From Octopus vulgaris (lineage: Eukaryota), in assembly GCA_951406725.2 (NCBI GenBank), contig OX597815.1:94984001-95048000 (forward strand): a stretch of DNA of 64,000 nucleotides, written 5' to 3'. The notes under the pieces were generated by a model. The model was not told the DNA's origin, did no database searches, and worked only from the letters and a program-made list of their open reading frames with translations. Of this stretch, positions 13,496-26,954 are shown one piece after another. A program made the position numbers and the translations under genes. Position 1 is the stretch's first letter. Every line of letters starts with the position of its first letter.

Positions 13496-13867
13496 AAGAA
13501 ATCATCCCCACGTACACACATACATGCAGTTTTTTAATGCCAACAACCTGAGGTAGATTTTGGCGTTGGAAAAATCACAGTTCTTTATCACATTGCAGTC
13601 GATGAACACACAAGACCATATGATTAAACGCTTTAGCATTATTAACCAGTAGGTTTGGAATTTAATCTCACAGCGTGACAACCAGCGAAGTGATTCCTAC
13701 AATAGTAGTTATTCGATCCAAATATTGTGAATGGAATTAGGTAGCCGGAGAACTGTGTCAAAGTGAATGTGCATATTTAAATGCCCAATCTTCTGGCAAA
13801 CTCACAATTATACCAGTCTTTACCCGAAGCGTACACATGTCTAGAGTATACAGTTACTTTAAATAAA

Positions 13868-14310
13868 ATTCTTGCTAATTTTGGCATACGATCAGTAACT
13901 TATTGGGTGATGGGGATGCTCGGTTACATTCACCCCAGTGATGAAGTAGTACTTATTTTCATAGAACCCGAAAGGTGAAAGCCAAAATATACCTTGGCAG
14001 AATTTGAACTCATAATGTAAAGAGCAGGAATAAATGCTGTATTGCATTTCGTTAGACGTGCGAATGATTCGGCCAGCTCGCTGAGTTTGTCTCTTTAACT
14101 ATAATGGTTTCAAATATTGGAACAGTTCTAGAAGATTTGATGGTGGGGTACATTGACCCTAGTACCTGCCTGGTACTTATTTTATCGAATCCGAAAGGCT
14201 GAAAGACAAAGTCGTTTTCGGCGGAATTTGAACTCTGAGAGTAAAGACAGACGAATTGCTAATGCATCATTTTGTCCGGCATGCTAACGATTCTGGCAGT
14301 TCTTCGCTTT
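13868..14310 (-). mobile_element. Two older SINE family B copies
   Basis: Diverged matches to 12522-12755 (GTACTTATTTT..GAAAGG.TGAAAG.CAAA, GAATTTGAACTC). Confidence 0.8.
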
Positions 14311-14919
14311 CGTCAACTTTAAATAAAATACAATGCATACATAGCTCTGTTGAGCGATCAGCAGACAAGAGAAAACGGACGCAAGGTCATTCACACATCA
14401 TTAATGACATCGAAAAATGTATGAAAGCTGCGCAGTGTTTTATTCTACTCAGAAGCGAATTACAAATGAATGACTATAAATTCAGAATCCGATAAATCTG
14501 CTGATGTTGTGCGTCGATAACAACTAGTCCGTAGCAGAGTTCCTAGAAGAGTTCGACGAGTTTAATCGCCGTGAACAGAGAAGAATCTCAAATTGTGGGT
14601 TCTTGCCCACCTTTTGTCTGAAAGTCAAAAGCAGAAAGAAAATAGTGTTGTCGCTTGACTGCAAGCTAGTAAAATTACATAGAATATCGCTCCACTTCTT
14701 TCAGTTATTATTGCATTTTTTGACTGGTTACACATCATTCAAGCACCATCGTTGATGGTTTAATCGAGTTTACCGAGGAAAACAGGTAAACTTAACCGGG
14801 CGGAAAATGTTGTAATGGAGACTGAACGAAAAGAACAAAAATGTATTTTTATCACAGCGTACCAGTTCTCTCGTCACACGCCGATAAACGCGAGCACATA
14901 CGGTGTCTCTTACAGATGT

Positions 14920-15033
14920 TTACATACACACACTTAAATACACTTGCACATATACACTCAAACACATACAAACATACATATAGGCATACATGTGTGCGTG
15001 TATGTAATTGCTTGTGTGTATACATATATACAT

Positions 15034-15081
<48 letters not shown>

Positions 15082-15098
15082 GTATATATATGTATTTC

Positions 15099-15142
<44 letters not shown>

Positions 15143-15155
15143 AATACACACATAT

Positions 15156-15216
<61 letters not shown>

Positions 15217-15290
15217 CATGTATGTATGTATGTATGTATGTATGTATGTATGCATGTATGTATGTATGTATGAATGTATGTATGTATGCA
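14920..15290. repeat. Compound (TA)n/(TACA)n/(TATG)n microsatellite
   Basis: Directly visible; explains the overlapping long ORFs. Confidence 0.95.
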
Positions 15291-15826
15291 GTGAGAAGTA
15301 ATTCTGCACAGTTTATGCCAGCTAGATTTCCGCTGAATAATTTGATCGGACTGAGACAGAAAGAGACAATGAGAGGCACTCTGCTAAGTGTATTGCACGG
15401 TAATATCTTCCACGTGTTTGCAAAGTGAAACCTTGCTAATATGCCTGAGATCATTTATGCGATTATGGAAAGTAAACTAAATGGCGTACACATCTAAATA
15501 ATATTATTTTTTCTCATACAGGTACACTACGTGCAAGATTTATGCATACGTGCTATACCTCTGAAAACAAAATATATTAATATTTCTACTGACCGTTTAT
15601 GAATGAACCGGCTTTACTAACGAGATAAAGATGTACTGCACTACACCATGTAATCCAATTTCTATGGTCGGTAATTTAAACACGTGACAGATTTTTTATT
15701 GAATAATTGGAATGCGAAAAATAATGCTAGATAGCTCTCTGAAATAGAGCTAGGCAGAAATGTTAATTTTGTTTGTTATTCTTGAAGGAGAAAGTAAATG
15801 ATATCTATTGTGCGATTCAACTGCTC

Positions 15827-15840
15827 TTGTTGTTGTTATT

Positions 15841-15876
<36 letters not shown>

Positions 15877-16078
15877 CTTCTTCTTCTTCTTCTTCTTCTT
15901 CTTCTTCTTCTTCTTCTTCTTCTTCTTCTTCTTCTTTCTTTTTTTCTTTCTTTCTTTTTTCTTTCTTTCTTTCTTTCTCTACCTCATCTGTATGTGTCTC
16001 TGAGTGTGTTTGTGTGTATGTGTATGTGTGTGCATGTGTGTGCATGTGTGTGTGTGTGCGTGCGTGTGTGTGTGTGTA
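15827..16078. repeat. (TTG)n(TTC)n(TTTC)n and (TG)n microsatellite
   Basis: Directly visible. Confidence 0.95.
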
Positions 16079-16081
16079 GTC

Positions 16082-16290
16082 AGTTCAAATAAACAGTTCC
16101 AATAAACAGATAAAAACTAAGGAAAAAGAAGACAACAAACGTGAGGGCGTGCACAAGAAATATATTAGCTTGATGCTTGGTGAAAGGAGAGAGTTTAACG
16201 TTTCGAGCATAGCTCTTCATCAGAAAGGAGAAAGGGAAAAGTCAAAAGGAGGAGGAGAAGAAATCGCCAACGGGCCACAGGTAGTTACAT
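16082..16290 (-). mobile_element. Short HHR-bearing repeat with intact catalytic core at 16193-16227
   Basis: Minus strand: TTT-CTGATGA-A-GAGC.TAT.GCTC-GAAAC-GTT-AAA; homologous to 7369-7570. Confidence 0.8.
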
Positions 16291-16440
16291 ACTAGAAGTA
16301 CTCGGCGTTGCCCGGGTAAAGATAATAATGATATTTCATTCAAAAATTTCATATAGGAACTATTTCTTAATAGTTATTGTGATTAATGATTCTGACATTA
16401 TTGGCATAACAAATTCTGTGAGATCAACAACAATGATATA

Positions 16441-18413
16441 CTTGAAAGAGAAAGCATAAAATCAAGACACTGGACATTTAGAAGACAGCTCCAACAATTG
16501 TAAACCTTTTAAAAGTAATCATGAATTCATGGAGAACAACGCTCATTTTAAACCATACACAAGAATATACCACATCACCAGGTATCAATATCGCCTGTGA
16601 TATCTTTCAAGGTGACTCATTAATACCCTTATTATTCTCCCTCACTCTGTTCCCATCATCCACGCAGCTGAATAATGCTAAGAGGGAGTATAATATCTTT
16701 GACCAGAAAATTTATCATCTACTCTATATGGATGATCTAAAACTATTTGCCAAAAACGACAAAGAATTAGAAGAGCTCCTGAATATTGTCAAAGAATTCA
16801 GCTCTGATATAGGTATGGAATTCGGACTTGATAAATGTGCAAAGGCTACTTTCAAGGCAGGGAAGTTCATAAAGGTAGAAAACATATAACTTGATACTAC
16901 TGCAGCTATTCGAAACCTAGACCAATCCGAACTATACAAATATCTGAGAAGCAATGAAGGTGATGGTATCCAGCACTCTAAAAAGAAAGAGAAAATACAC
17001 AAGGAGTGCTATCGAAGGATAAGAATGGTCCTAAACTCAGAATTAATGCGATAAATTCTTTGGCTACACCAGTAACATATAGCTTCGGTATCATTAAGTC
17101 TCACGGACATGCAGAATATGGAATGAAAGATCCGTCAAATCCTTACGGGTGCTGAAATCACTATCCAAAATCAGGATTTATCTCCCAAGAAAAACAGAGA
17201 AATCCTTCAAATCAGTAATAATAGGCCTTGAAACGTACCTCTGTAATTAAAACCTTCCTACAAGAAATGATGTGCTCTTACGAACTGCACTGAAGCATGA
17301 AGATTCCAAGCAGGCTTCAGTCATGAAGCTTAGTCAGAAATTTAAAACGTCTCTTGGCCTTCAAGTTAACAATAAGAATGACCAAAGACACTCAAATACT
17401 GACAGACCTACCATTGCTTCTCCTGATTTAGAAATTAACAATCGAAACGACCAATGAGATCCAAATTGTGACATACCTATCAGTGGTGCAAAAGCATCAG
17501 ACAAAAAGCAAAGAAGGCTTGCAGGGATAATATAAAAAAAAAAACTGGACAGGCAAGCTAGATATTGATCAAAATCTAATACCAATGGCTCCAAGTGGCA
17601 GGCCTGAAAGAGGGAACAGAAGGTTTTGTTATTGCAGCGCAAGATCAGAGCATACCTACCAGAAACTACCATTCAAACGTCCTTAAAGATGGACCTGACC
17701 CCTCGTGTAGAATTTGCAGGAAATTCACAGAGACAATTGATCATGTAGTTTCTGGCTGACCAGTCCTCACTGAAAAAGAGTACCTCATAAGACATGGTAG
17801 ACTAGGACCATACACCCACTGGAATGCTTGTAAATACTACAAAATTAAATCCCATGATAAGTGGTACAGGCACCATCCAGAGGATGTAATAAATGGCGAG
17901 GGTGTCAACACACTTTGGAACTTCCCAATACAGACAGAAAAATTGACTCCATTTGACCAGACATTGTGATCAAGGACTACAAAAGAGGAACCTGTCTATT
18001 AATATATATATATATGTCTGTCCCACAAGATAAAAATGCCTCAAGAAAGGAATACGAAAAGCTTTCTCACTATAAAGATCTGCAAATTGAAATCGCAAAA
18101 ACGTGGAAGTTTAGTTCTAGGATAATACCAGTAGTAATTGGTGCGTTGGGAATGATAAAGAAGTGAGTAGAGAAGTATATTAAGCAACTCCTTGGTAGCT
18201 TCAATCTCTGTGAACTACAAAAGATAACCTTCATGGGTTCAGCTCATATACTACGTAAAGCACCCCCATATAAAATGGAATAAATGTGGTGATAATTTTA
18301 GCATGCATAGCAAAAAAATTGTCCCTACTACTCTTGGCCTCCGGAGGGTGGCCGGTACTAAGGCAGGTGAAATGAAGTTATAATGGAAAGAAACCATAAG
18401 TGATAATAATAAA
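16441..18413 (+). mobile_element. Decayed Dong/R4-like non-LTR retrotransposon (RT, CCHC finger, restriction-like endonuclease)
   Basis: IFQGDSL.PLLF, HLLYMDDLKLFAK, DIGMEFGLDKC, TEGFVIAAQDQ, CRIC..ETIDHVVSG, PDIVIKD, KY.DL..EI, IIPVVIGALG; ends at TAA repeats. Confidence 0.9.
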
Positions 18414-18880
18414 TGCCCTGATACCACACCAGGTACTGGTGTGACTCTCGTGGCTTCTGACCTTTACAGACTGGAAGTGTCATCATATTCATGTTTTGTT
18501 TTGGTGTAAAAGATGGGCTACAGCAAATATTCTGCTTAATACAGCAGATTTCCTTGTTAGTTGCTTGATCCTAACCAGTTGGGTATGTCCCTCAGTGGCT
18601 GACGAGCAGGAACAGTGGGGGAGCGTTCTAGCCATATGGTGGAGATTGAATAATTCTCCCTTGGAAATGTGTTTCGTTATCGTCCTTAAACAAGCCTTAT
18701 TCAGGGACACTGTGCGGGATGGGCTACTCAAAGTGAAGAAAATTTTAACTCAGCCCCACATGCAAAGTAATGCGCTGTTCATCTTTATCTGAGATTACCA
18801 CGTTATGTATGAGCCTTTTTTAAACCCGTATCAGCTTCCCTTTGATGGTATGCGCTTCTCTCCCACTCAATAATGATAAT
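18414..18880. repeat. Unclassified interspersed repeat flanked by TAA repeats
   Basis: Recognised as resembling an abundant octopus repeat; single copy in this window, non-coding. Confidence 0.45.
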
Positions 18881-18883
18881 AAA

Positions 18884-19060
18884 AATCCTTTCTACTTTAT
18901 GCACAAGGCCTGAAATGTGGGTGAAGGGGCCAGTCGATTACACAGCTGGTACTTGATTTATCGACCCCGAAAAGATAAAATGCAAAGTCGATATCTGCCT
19001 TTCATCCTTTTGGGGTCGATAAATCAAGTACCAGTTGTGTACTGTAGTCGATCTAATCGA
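18884..19060. mobile_element. SINE family B fragment folded back into a palindrome
   Basis: ACACAGCTGGTACTTGATTTATCGACCCC.. (18940) is inverted as ..GGGGTCGATAAATCAAGTACCAGTTGTGT (19040). Confidence 0.8.
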
Positions 19061-19269
19061 TGTAATGATAATGATAATAATAATAATACTATTGAAAGTA
19101 TCATAATAATACTGTCTAACACATGCACAAAGCCAGAATAAAAATGAAATTTAATCTTGAATGTGGAATCAGAGCATAAAGCGCCATAACAAGCAAGCAC
19201 AAGGAATTGATTCTAACGCTCTGTTGAATTTGACAATCCACTGTGCTAACGAAAATGCGGTAAGAAATT

Positions 19270-19442
19270 GCAGTCTATTAAATGAAACCCAGTATCTCAT
19301 TGGTACTGTTTTTATTGATCTTCGAAGGTTGAAAGTAAAGATAACCTTGGCGAGGTTTGAACTTAGAATATAAATATCTAACACTAAATAATGCACAGAA
19401 CTTTTACTGATGCTCTCTCGTTTCTGTCAATTCACCGCCTTA
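19270..19442 (-). mobile_element. Old SINE family B copy
   Basis: Diverged match to 12600-12755. Confidence 0.7.
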
Positions 19443-20864
19443 ATCTAATCCTACTACAAATAAAAAAGATTACATTGCAATGTGTTCTGCTTGTATCACA
19501 TAAGCGATCGATCAAATTAGACACTACATGCGTTTTCAAAGAAAATAAAGAATCAATACTAATTTAAGCTGAACAATTTTTGGAAAATCTATTTTCGGTT
19601 CTCCTACATCTTCACATGTGTTTTGTATATGTTTCAGTTTGAAGCTGCATATAACCAGAAAGGAAACAAATTTATTTCTCTCTCAGCAACCACTAGGATA
19701 TTAATGAAGACATTGTGTCTGCAAGTGTTTTTTTTTAACATGATAATAGAAAAAGATATATGATTTGTGGCAAAGGCGATTTCGTAAGTGAAAAAAAAAC
19801 TGGATGAGTGTAATTTACTGGAAAACGGCTTCTCAGCATTCTAGAATGCATAGCATATATGAAATGATCTTTTAAATCACACTTCCTTTAACAAGTAGCC
19901 AAATATAAATGACAAGAGATATAAAACTGTTGAAGTGAACGAAGTGAACATCTTATACTTTCTACACTGTTTCTCATACACACACGTACATACATAGAAA
20001 TGCTCTCACCAACACATTTATTTAAATTCCCACTTCAATTTGAGAAAAAATAAAAAAACTAAATTCAATGGTCAAAATGACTAAAGTACAAAAACTTATT
20101 ATGCCCATTATCACACTTCTCTATTAATAATTTCTTTACCTCTGTCATTAAAAACTTCCTTCAGAAGGCAGTCAGCTATTCCAATAATTTCTAATATTCA
20201 CGCATGATAAAAGTATTATTCAACAGGTCAGGAAAAGCCTAGGCACTTTTATAGGAAATATTCGGATAAAACGGAACTCAAGTGAACACTGCCATTAGCA
20301 TGAATGCTTTCTACCTAGCTTAAGAGAGTTACCTGGTTCGAACATTATTCCTACATAAAATACACTGAAATTTCTCACGAATGTCGAAAGTGTCTTCAAT
20401 GATGAGAAAATACTGATCCTAAAGCCGCTAATCATACTTTCGCTAATAAACTCATTAAAAAAAACAAAAAAAAACTCTTACATCTCACCTTAAACAACTC
20501 GGCCTGAATATTACACAAAAAAAATATTCAAACATTGCATTAACCTTAATCGTATTAAATTCTATATATATGTATGTATGTATATACACACACATATTAT
20601 AACAACATATGTATACCAAATACTTCAAGCTAATATGTCATTATGTACTTATAAACACATACACACACATACACATAATAAAAGACAAATACACACACAT
20701 ACGCACACACAAACATACGCACTCACACACACAAGCACACGGACACCGACAATCATATATACACATACACACACATATACACTCAACTGCCGTTGAGTAA
20801 AAAAAAAGAAGTGCTCGATACAAACGTAGAGTGCTGTAGTGTATTTAATCCGCTTTAGTGTCAT

Positions 20865-20976
20865 TGTTACTCGGGAGTGTGCACGGTGTGCAGCTGCTTC
20901 TTTGGGTAAGTGAAACTAGGCCAAGTCAAACTTGCCTGAAGAAGTAGCTACATACCGGGAAAACCCCGGAGTAACA
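20865..20976 (+). ncRNA. Candidate pre-miRNA-like or other structured RNA hairpin
   Basis: 20884-20911 pairs with 20930-20957 (28 positions: 5 G-U, 1 mismatch), 18-nt loop, basal TGTTACTC/GAGTAACA helix. Confidence 0.5.
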
Positions 20977-22669
20977 GGCCACTGGATAGCTTTAAATAAA
21001 TTGTGTGTCGGTGTGTGTGGATATGCTTGTGCGCGAGTATGTGAGTATGTATCGGTGTGTGTGTCATTATTCATATATATGTATTATGCATTTCCTTCTA
21101 TGAACGTTTATTGTATTTTTGCATGTTCATTCATATGTGTACATTTATATACCTGCAAATTGTATGACTCGAATAGATTCACTTCACTTCATCATGGTGA
21201 CAAAATTTATTCTACTTTGCAAATGACACTATCACTGTCGAATATTCCTTGTATCGAATAAATATATAGACACACCTATGTAATTGATTTACATTATGTA
21301 TTTTACTGATCACATAGATGATCTATCGATTTTAAAGTAAGCGCAAGATCACAAATGTGTGTTGGGGATGTGATATTGATGATATTTTAACTTTGGTATT
21401 TGGTCGGTCCATTACATAACGACCCTACAACAGATGGAGGGTAAAGTTGTTTTTAATAGAATTTGAACATTTGAAATCAGAAGATGAAAAGCATCACATT
21501 TAGATATCACAAATCATTTCGTCAACTGATTCTAATATCTTATATGAAAATCTAAGGTTGTATTTTCATTAGCTTTTAAACTTAAGTGGTTCAATATCGA
21601 ATATAAGCATTGTTCTTTTTAATAAATTTTCTGAGAATGTATCATCAATTCTGATGGAAGAATGATGAAGGTAGACAACGCCATCTAATAAAATACAAAA
21701 TAAATATGTGACCCTTGCAATGACAAAAGCATTACAAATTTTAAAAAGAGATAAATTTCCAATTGTAGCTTGAGAAGAGGAGCAATGGGGCTTGAGGAAA
21801 TAATAAAAAAAGAAATAATAAAAAAAGAAAAAAAAAAGGAAAAGGAAAAAGAATCGATAAAAAAAAGGCAATTATATCAGCCGCAAGAACAGGTTAACAT
21901 CCAATGAAATATGGTTTCTTAAGATTATTTCAATTGGGCTGTCATACTCTTTCGAAGCAATAAATTTGGGGTGCTTTTTTTTGTTAATCATTTGATACAA
22001 AGTGTCACACAGGGAAGCTGAAAATCATTGCATGTATTAATTTTTAATCATTGAGTAAATCGAGATAATCTCAACAATAGCAATTTACAACAACAGCAGT
22101 AACAATAATGGCGTGGAAAGCGATAACAGCAACAACAAATTTGCACTGACTTCAAAAGTGAGAACGTGGATGTAATTGACGATATCTCCATGTCAAATAC
22201 AAGTACATCGCATTCTCTGCTGTTCCCAGTTAGCACGCCCTTTATTTTGTCAGACGAATACATACACACACACAAACACTCTACTATTACCACCACCACC
22301 ACCACAACCACTACTACTACTTGTTTCGTCACCTCTTCGCATCTCAGCTCGATTCACAAACACTACACACCCTTCTTTTCTTACCCACTTCCAAACTTAA
22401 CCTTTAACTACCCATAAATATCTCTGAATCTGTCAATTCATCTGATCACTGACCCATCCCGTCTATTCAACACACTTCAAAATTCCTACAATACCTACAA
22501 ACATTTTGGCGCTTCAATTCAGCTGGAAGCTGAATTGAAGCGCTTTAGAAACAGCTGGGTAGGTGACTGAAACAATGATACCAGGCTTGTCCTTCCTCAT
22601 TCCACGTACAATTAAGATTTGATATCTCAGGTCCCCAGGTTTATATGCCCTCCGCGGTAGAGTCGGCAA

Positions 22670-23607
22670 AGCTGACCAGTTATGCTGACGACACAAAAGT
22701 ATCGCAAGGCAGTTAGGAACATAGAGGACAACATAAACCTGCAGAAAGACCTGAATGAAATACAGAAATGGGCTAACAAAAATAACATGCAGTGCAATAC
22801 TATGAAAATTCAGGCACTCCACTATCGGCCCGACACCAGGCAAAAATCGTAATACACTGGACCAGAAGGTAATACCATCCCAGAGTCAGAGTCGGTGCGT
22901 GACATGGGGGTTCACATGAGCAATGATGCAACATTCCATGTGCATATTACCAAGATGCCAACACTGTGCATGCAAGTGGCTGGATGGACTCTTAGGACAT
23001 TCAGAACTAGGAAAAGGGAGGCCCTGCTTCTGCTATAGAGGACTTTCGTTCTCAGCCGCTAAGACTACTGCTCCCAACTATGGTCCCCAAAGAGTGTGAA
23101 ACAAACTGTAAAACTCGAAGCAACCGAAGATTGACTCGATGTAAAAGATGGGCTACTGGGAGAGGCTAAAGGAATCGAGCCTCTATTCCCTGGAGAGAAG
23201 ACGAGATATGCGGTGCTATATATCTGGAAGATCTTGGAGGGTTTAGCTACCAATTTTGGAATTGCCAACTATACCGATACTTGAACTGGACAACGCTGCG
23301 TCATACCAAAGGTCCCATCTTCTCCATGTAAAATAAGGACACAGTACCACAATTGTTCAACATCCTGCTAGGCATCCTTAGAGATCTACATGGTGTTGAT
23401 GTGGAAGTTTTCAAGGAACGTCTGGGCAGGTTTCTATATGATATACCAGAAGAACCACATCGCAGCAGGTGACACAAAGAAGAGCAGCTCCGTCCAGCTC
23501 GCTACGTCACCAAAAATAATACCGGAAACAACACCGAATAACTACAGGTGGTGACCAGCATAACCTCAGCCCCGGACGGAAACCAGTAAAAGATAAAAGA
23601 TAAAAGA
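22670..23607 (+). mobile_element. 5'-truncated CR1-group LINE 3' end
   Basis: YADDTKV..LQKDLNEIQKWA..NNM, VRDMGVHMS, GWTLRTFRTR, DYCSQLWSP; (GATAAAA)n tail. Confidence 0.85.
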
Positions 23608-24637
23608 ATAATACATGGGAAGTCTTTCAATGAATTTTATCACAGGTTTTATCTGGAGAATTAAGAGTAGTATCGGGCTGAATAACAATTTGCTTTAATA
23701 TCCACCTAAATTCAATGGTATTTCAGTACATCGATAAAGAATATCAGCCAGTCTTAAAACTTAACGAAGAATAACTATAAAAAGAGCATAAACATCATAA
23801 CAGTATTGAATATGGTTATTGGTGTATCTTTCGATTGCACTGATATGCTAGATGCAGTTGGAAATATCCATTAGCATCAATAAGATAACGTACTACTTTA
23901 AAATATCAATTAATGATATTTTATTGTCTCTATAAAATATTATGACTCACATTAAAATTCATAATTTTTTTCATATTATAATTATAACAGTTTTTAAAAA
24001 TAATTTCTGTTTCGATCTTGTGCCGATTGCAAGAGCTAAATATGCTAAATTATTTGCAATCATATTTTTAAGGTAATTTGACAGACTTCGAATTAAAATT
24101 CTCATTTTCAAGCTGATTTTTATATTTCCCAGGTTGTACAAAGTGTTTTATTTTATGTGTCACTAATTTTCGAAGCGTGCTTTTTTTTAACACGTTATCG
24201 TTTGCCTTAATTTAAGAAACTGTCTGGAGATTTGCAAAAGAATTTCTTGAAAATTAGGTCATTAAGTTGTGTAACTGAATTTTCCGCATATACATCTGAT
24301 GAGAAAAGTTCAGTCAATTGGCTATTCTATTTAACTTGACATTAATTTAAGCAAGTATTTTTATGCTCTTATATAACATTACTTCAGCTAAGAATAATGC
24401 GCATCATCTTACAGGCATATCTTCTCTCTTCTCTTGCAAATGATACCCACAAGCAATTCTATAAATATAATTCAAAATTATACTTTCTTACTTTTACTGT
24501 AGTCAAATGGTCAGAATTCAATTAGGAGCATTAAAAGTATTATAGATGTAACAGAAATGTGAGACAATAATTGATTAAAAATGTCGAGAACATACTCTGG
24601 AAGCAATAACTAAACAAATACTTTAGAGTGTATTTTG

Positions 24638-24681
24638 CATCAATTAAGTTAACTTTGAATTCAAAGTTAACTTAATTGATG
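24638..24681. repeat. 44-bp perfect spacerless palindrome
   Basis: CATCAATTAAGTTAACTTTGAA|TTCAAAGTTAACTTAATTGATG. Confidence 0.95.
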
Positions 24682-25049
24682 TAAAAAGCAAAAAAAATAT
24701 AACTAGTACAAATTACAAGCGCTCAAGTTCTAATTGATTTCTTGTAAAGAAAGGCCAGGGTTTTCACCATTGCTTTTATTTCCCAGTAGTTATTAATTTT
24801 CCTTCTCACGACATATATCCATTGAATCATTTGTTATATGTTGGTTTCGTACGTTCAGTATTTTAGCACAACTTTAGTTTAGCTCTTGTACTGTTGTATA
24901 ATTTCCAATAGTCTAAGTACCGATAAACAGATCCATGCATAAATATACTTATATATTCAACCATATATATTCAGTAACGATGCCCTGATAAACGGATGAA
25001 TCTCAACATAGTACAGAAATTTCTTGTATACTAAAATAAAATCACTAAA

Positions 25050-26090
25050 TTAGTGCTCTAACATCATAGAAAGCGAAGGACTTTATGAATATGTGTTCCT
25101 GGTTGAAATGTACCCAAGAAAAATGGAGAGCCAGGCTTGATATGATTCTGATATAGGTCTGCTGGGTCAATTGTGACCTATGACAAATGGCTCTGGCAAA
25201 GTCAAGGTATATCACGTCTACGGCTGACTGGTTTAGCTGTTGTTTCAAAGTGCTGCAACAGTTGTGAGGCAGCTCCACCCTGAATGGGAGCCATGTTGCG
25301 TGTTTGTGAGAAGGTTGTTTTCTTCTAGGAACATGATCAGGCTTTTTCTGACAATGTGTTCCATTGTCATCTAACATGTGAGGTCAGAGAAATGGGCTTG
25401 TAGCTTTTAGCATCTGCTCTGTTCCCTGCTTTATGGACAGGGCATATTACACCCTCTATTAGCATGTTGGGAAGTTTACCACATACATGAAAACTCTGAA
25501 AGAGTATCTGCAGTGGTTTTGCAAGAGCCTTTTTACATGTCTTTAAAAGAAGTGCCGGGAGTTCATCTGGTCTCGTTGCTGAGTTTGATCTCATCTCATC
25601 AATGGGTGATATTAATCCTCTTCTGTTATGTTGATATGATCGATGGTTGCCTCTTTTCCGAATAGATTCGTTACATTAAAAACTCCTCAGACTTGATTAT
25701 TGGCGTTTTTTGCAGTGGAGAAGTGAAAACATTTCAGAATTGTTTATTCAGTGCTTCACTTATCTTCCAGTTGGTGAGCTGTTCTAACCAAATAGTGGCC
25801 TTATCTTATAACGTACCATAGCAGATTCCTTTGCCATCGCTTAAAATGCTTTAGGATTTGTTTTTTTTTATTTTCGACTGCTCAGGTTTCTCTTCTCTTT
25901 CTTTTTCATGGGAGATTTTGAGTTTATTTTCAATTTCGAACAGTTCCCCTATCATTCAGGTGTTTATTTAAACGATTCGAGATCTTTATTCTCTGCCGCA
26001 TGAGTATTCTCCTGTCCCGAGGAATGGTGTTTTCTCTCTACTGGTTCTCTTCTCTGGGAAATATTTAATGCATATGGCTCGCATTATGAC
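25050..26090 (-). mobile_element. Decayed CR1-group LINE RT N-terminal fragment
   Basis: SATRPDELPALLLK.C..LAKPL, ICPVHKAG..SYKPISLTSHV, GRSCLT, VDVIYLDFARA. Confidence 0.85.
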
Positions 26091-26092
26091 AG

Positions 26093-26290
26093 TGGAGGCG
26101 CATAACATTATAGTAAGGGTATTCATTTCACGAATGCGAGGTCGTGAAATCGATTCACGGCGGCGAGTTTAGCGAGATACTTTATTGCACGCGTGTCTTT
26201 GGGAGTGGTCAGCCACTTGAACGTTAATTTCATGTTCAGGTTATTCCGTTGATCGGCTCAACTGGAACACTCATCGTCGTTACCGACAGA
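26093..26290 (+). mobile_element. Degenerate tRNA-headed SINE, family C
   Basis: GTGGAGGCGCA.. head with a B-box-like segment; related to 43770-44050 and 31190-31385. Confidence 0.5.
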
Positions 26291-26347
<57 letters not shown>

Positions 26348-26846
26348 TCCGTTATTCAAGCTGTGTTCTTTTTATGTTTGCGGGTCAGTGTGTGTGCGCA
26401 TACACATGTATGTATATATGCATGCATGTATGTATATATGCATGCATGTATGTATATATGCATGGATGTAAGTGTGTGTATGCATGTATGCATGTATGTG
26501 TGTATGTGTACCTCTGTCTCCTTGTGTGTGCCTGTTTGAGTGTGTGTGAGCTTGTCTGTTCATATTACCTATGTACTTATCCGTCAGTATATCTTTCTGT
26601 TTACTTTCATATCCATTTGCCTTCATACATGTGCATACACACACGCACGCACAAACATATATACATCTACATAACAGCCCACTAATTATCCTACCTGTAT
26701 ATAAATATAAGCTGTAGGTATGGGGGTATGATTTTCTACTACGTATATTTCCTATTTAGTGCTGGGAATGTTTCGTTTATGAGGACGTACTACTGTATTT
26801 GCTTGAACTCACATAAAGAATCATGCAAAGCAAATCCCAAAACGAA

Positions 26847-26883
<37 letters not shown>

Positions 26884-26954
26884 TACACACACACACACAC
26901 ATATATATATATACACATATATCTGTGTATGTGTGCGTGTGTGCGTATGAACTG

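Noticed and set aside
16290-16320. ACTAGAAGTACTCGGCGTTGCCCGGGTA as a Helitron-like terminus
   Set aside because: Too short and no matching other end nearby
20912-20941. GAAAC..GTC..CTGAAGA as a type II hammerhead
   Set aside because: No stem I can form between GTC and CTGAAGA; the long hairpin explains the region better
24980-25020. CTGATAA-ACGGATGAATC as a hammerhead remnant
   Set aside because: The GAAAC half is absent
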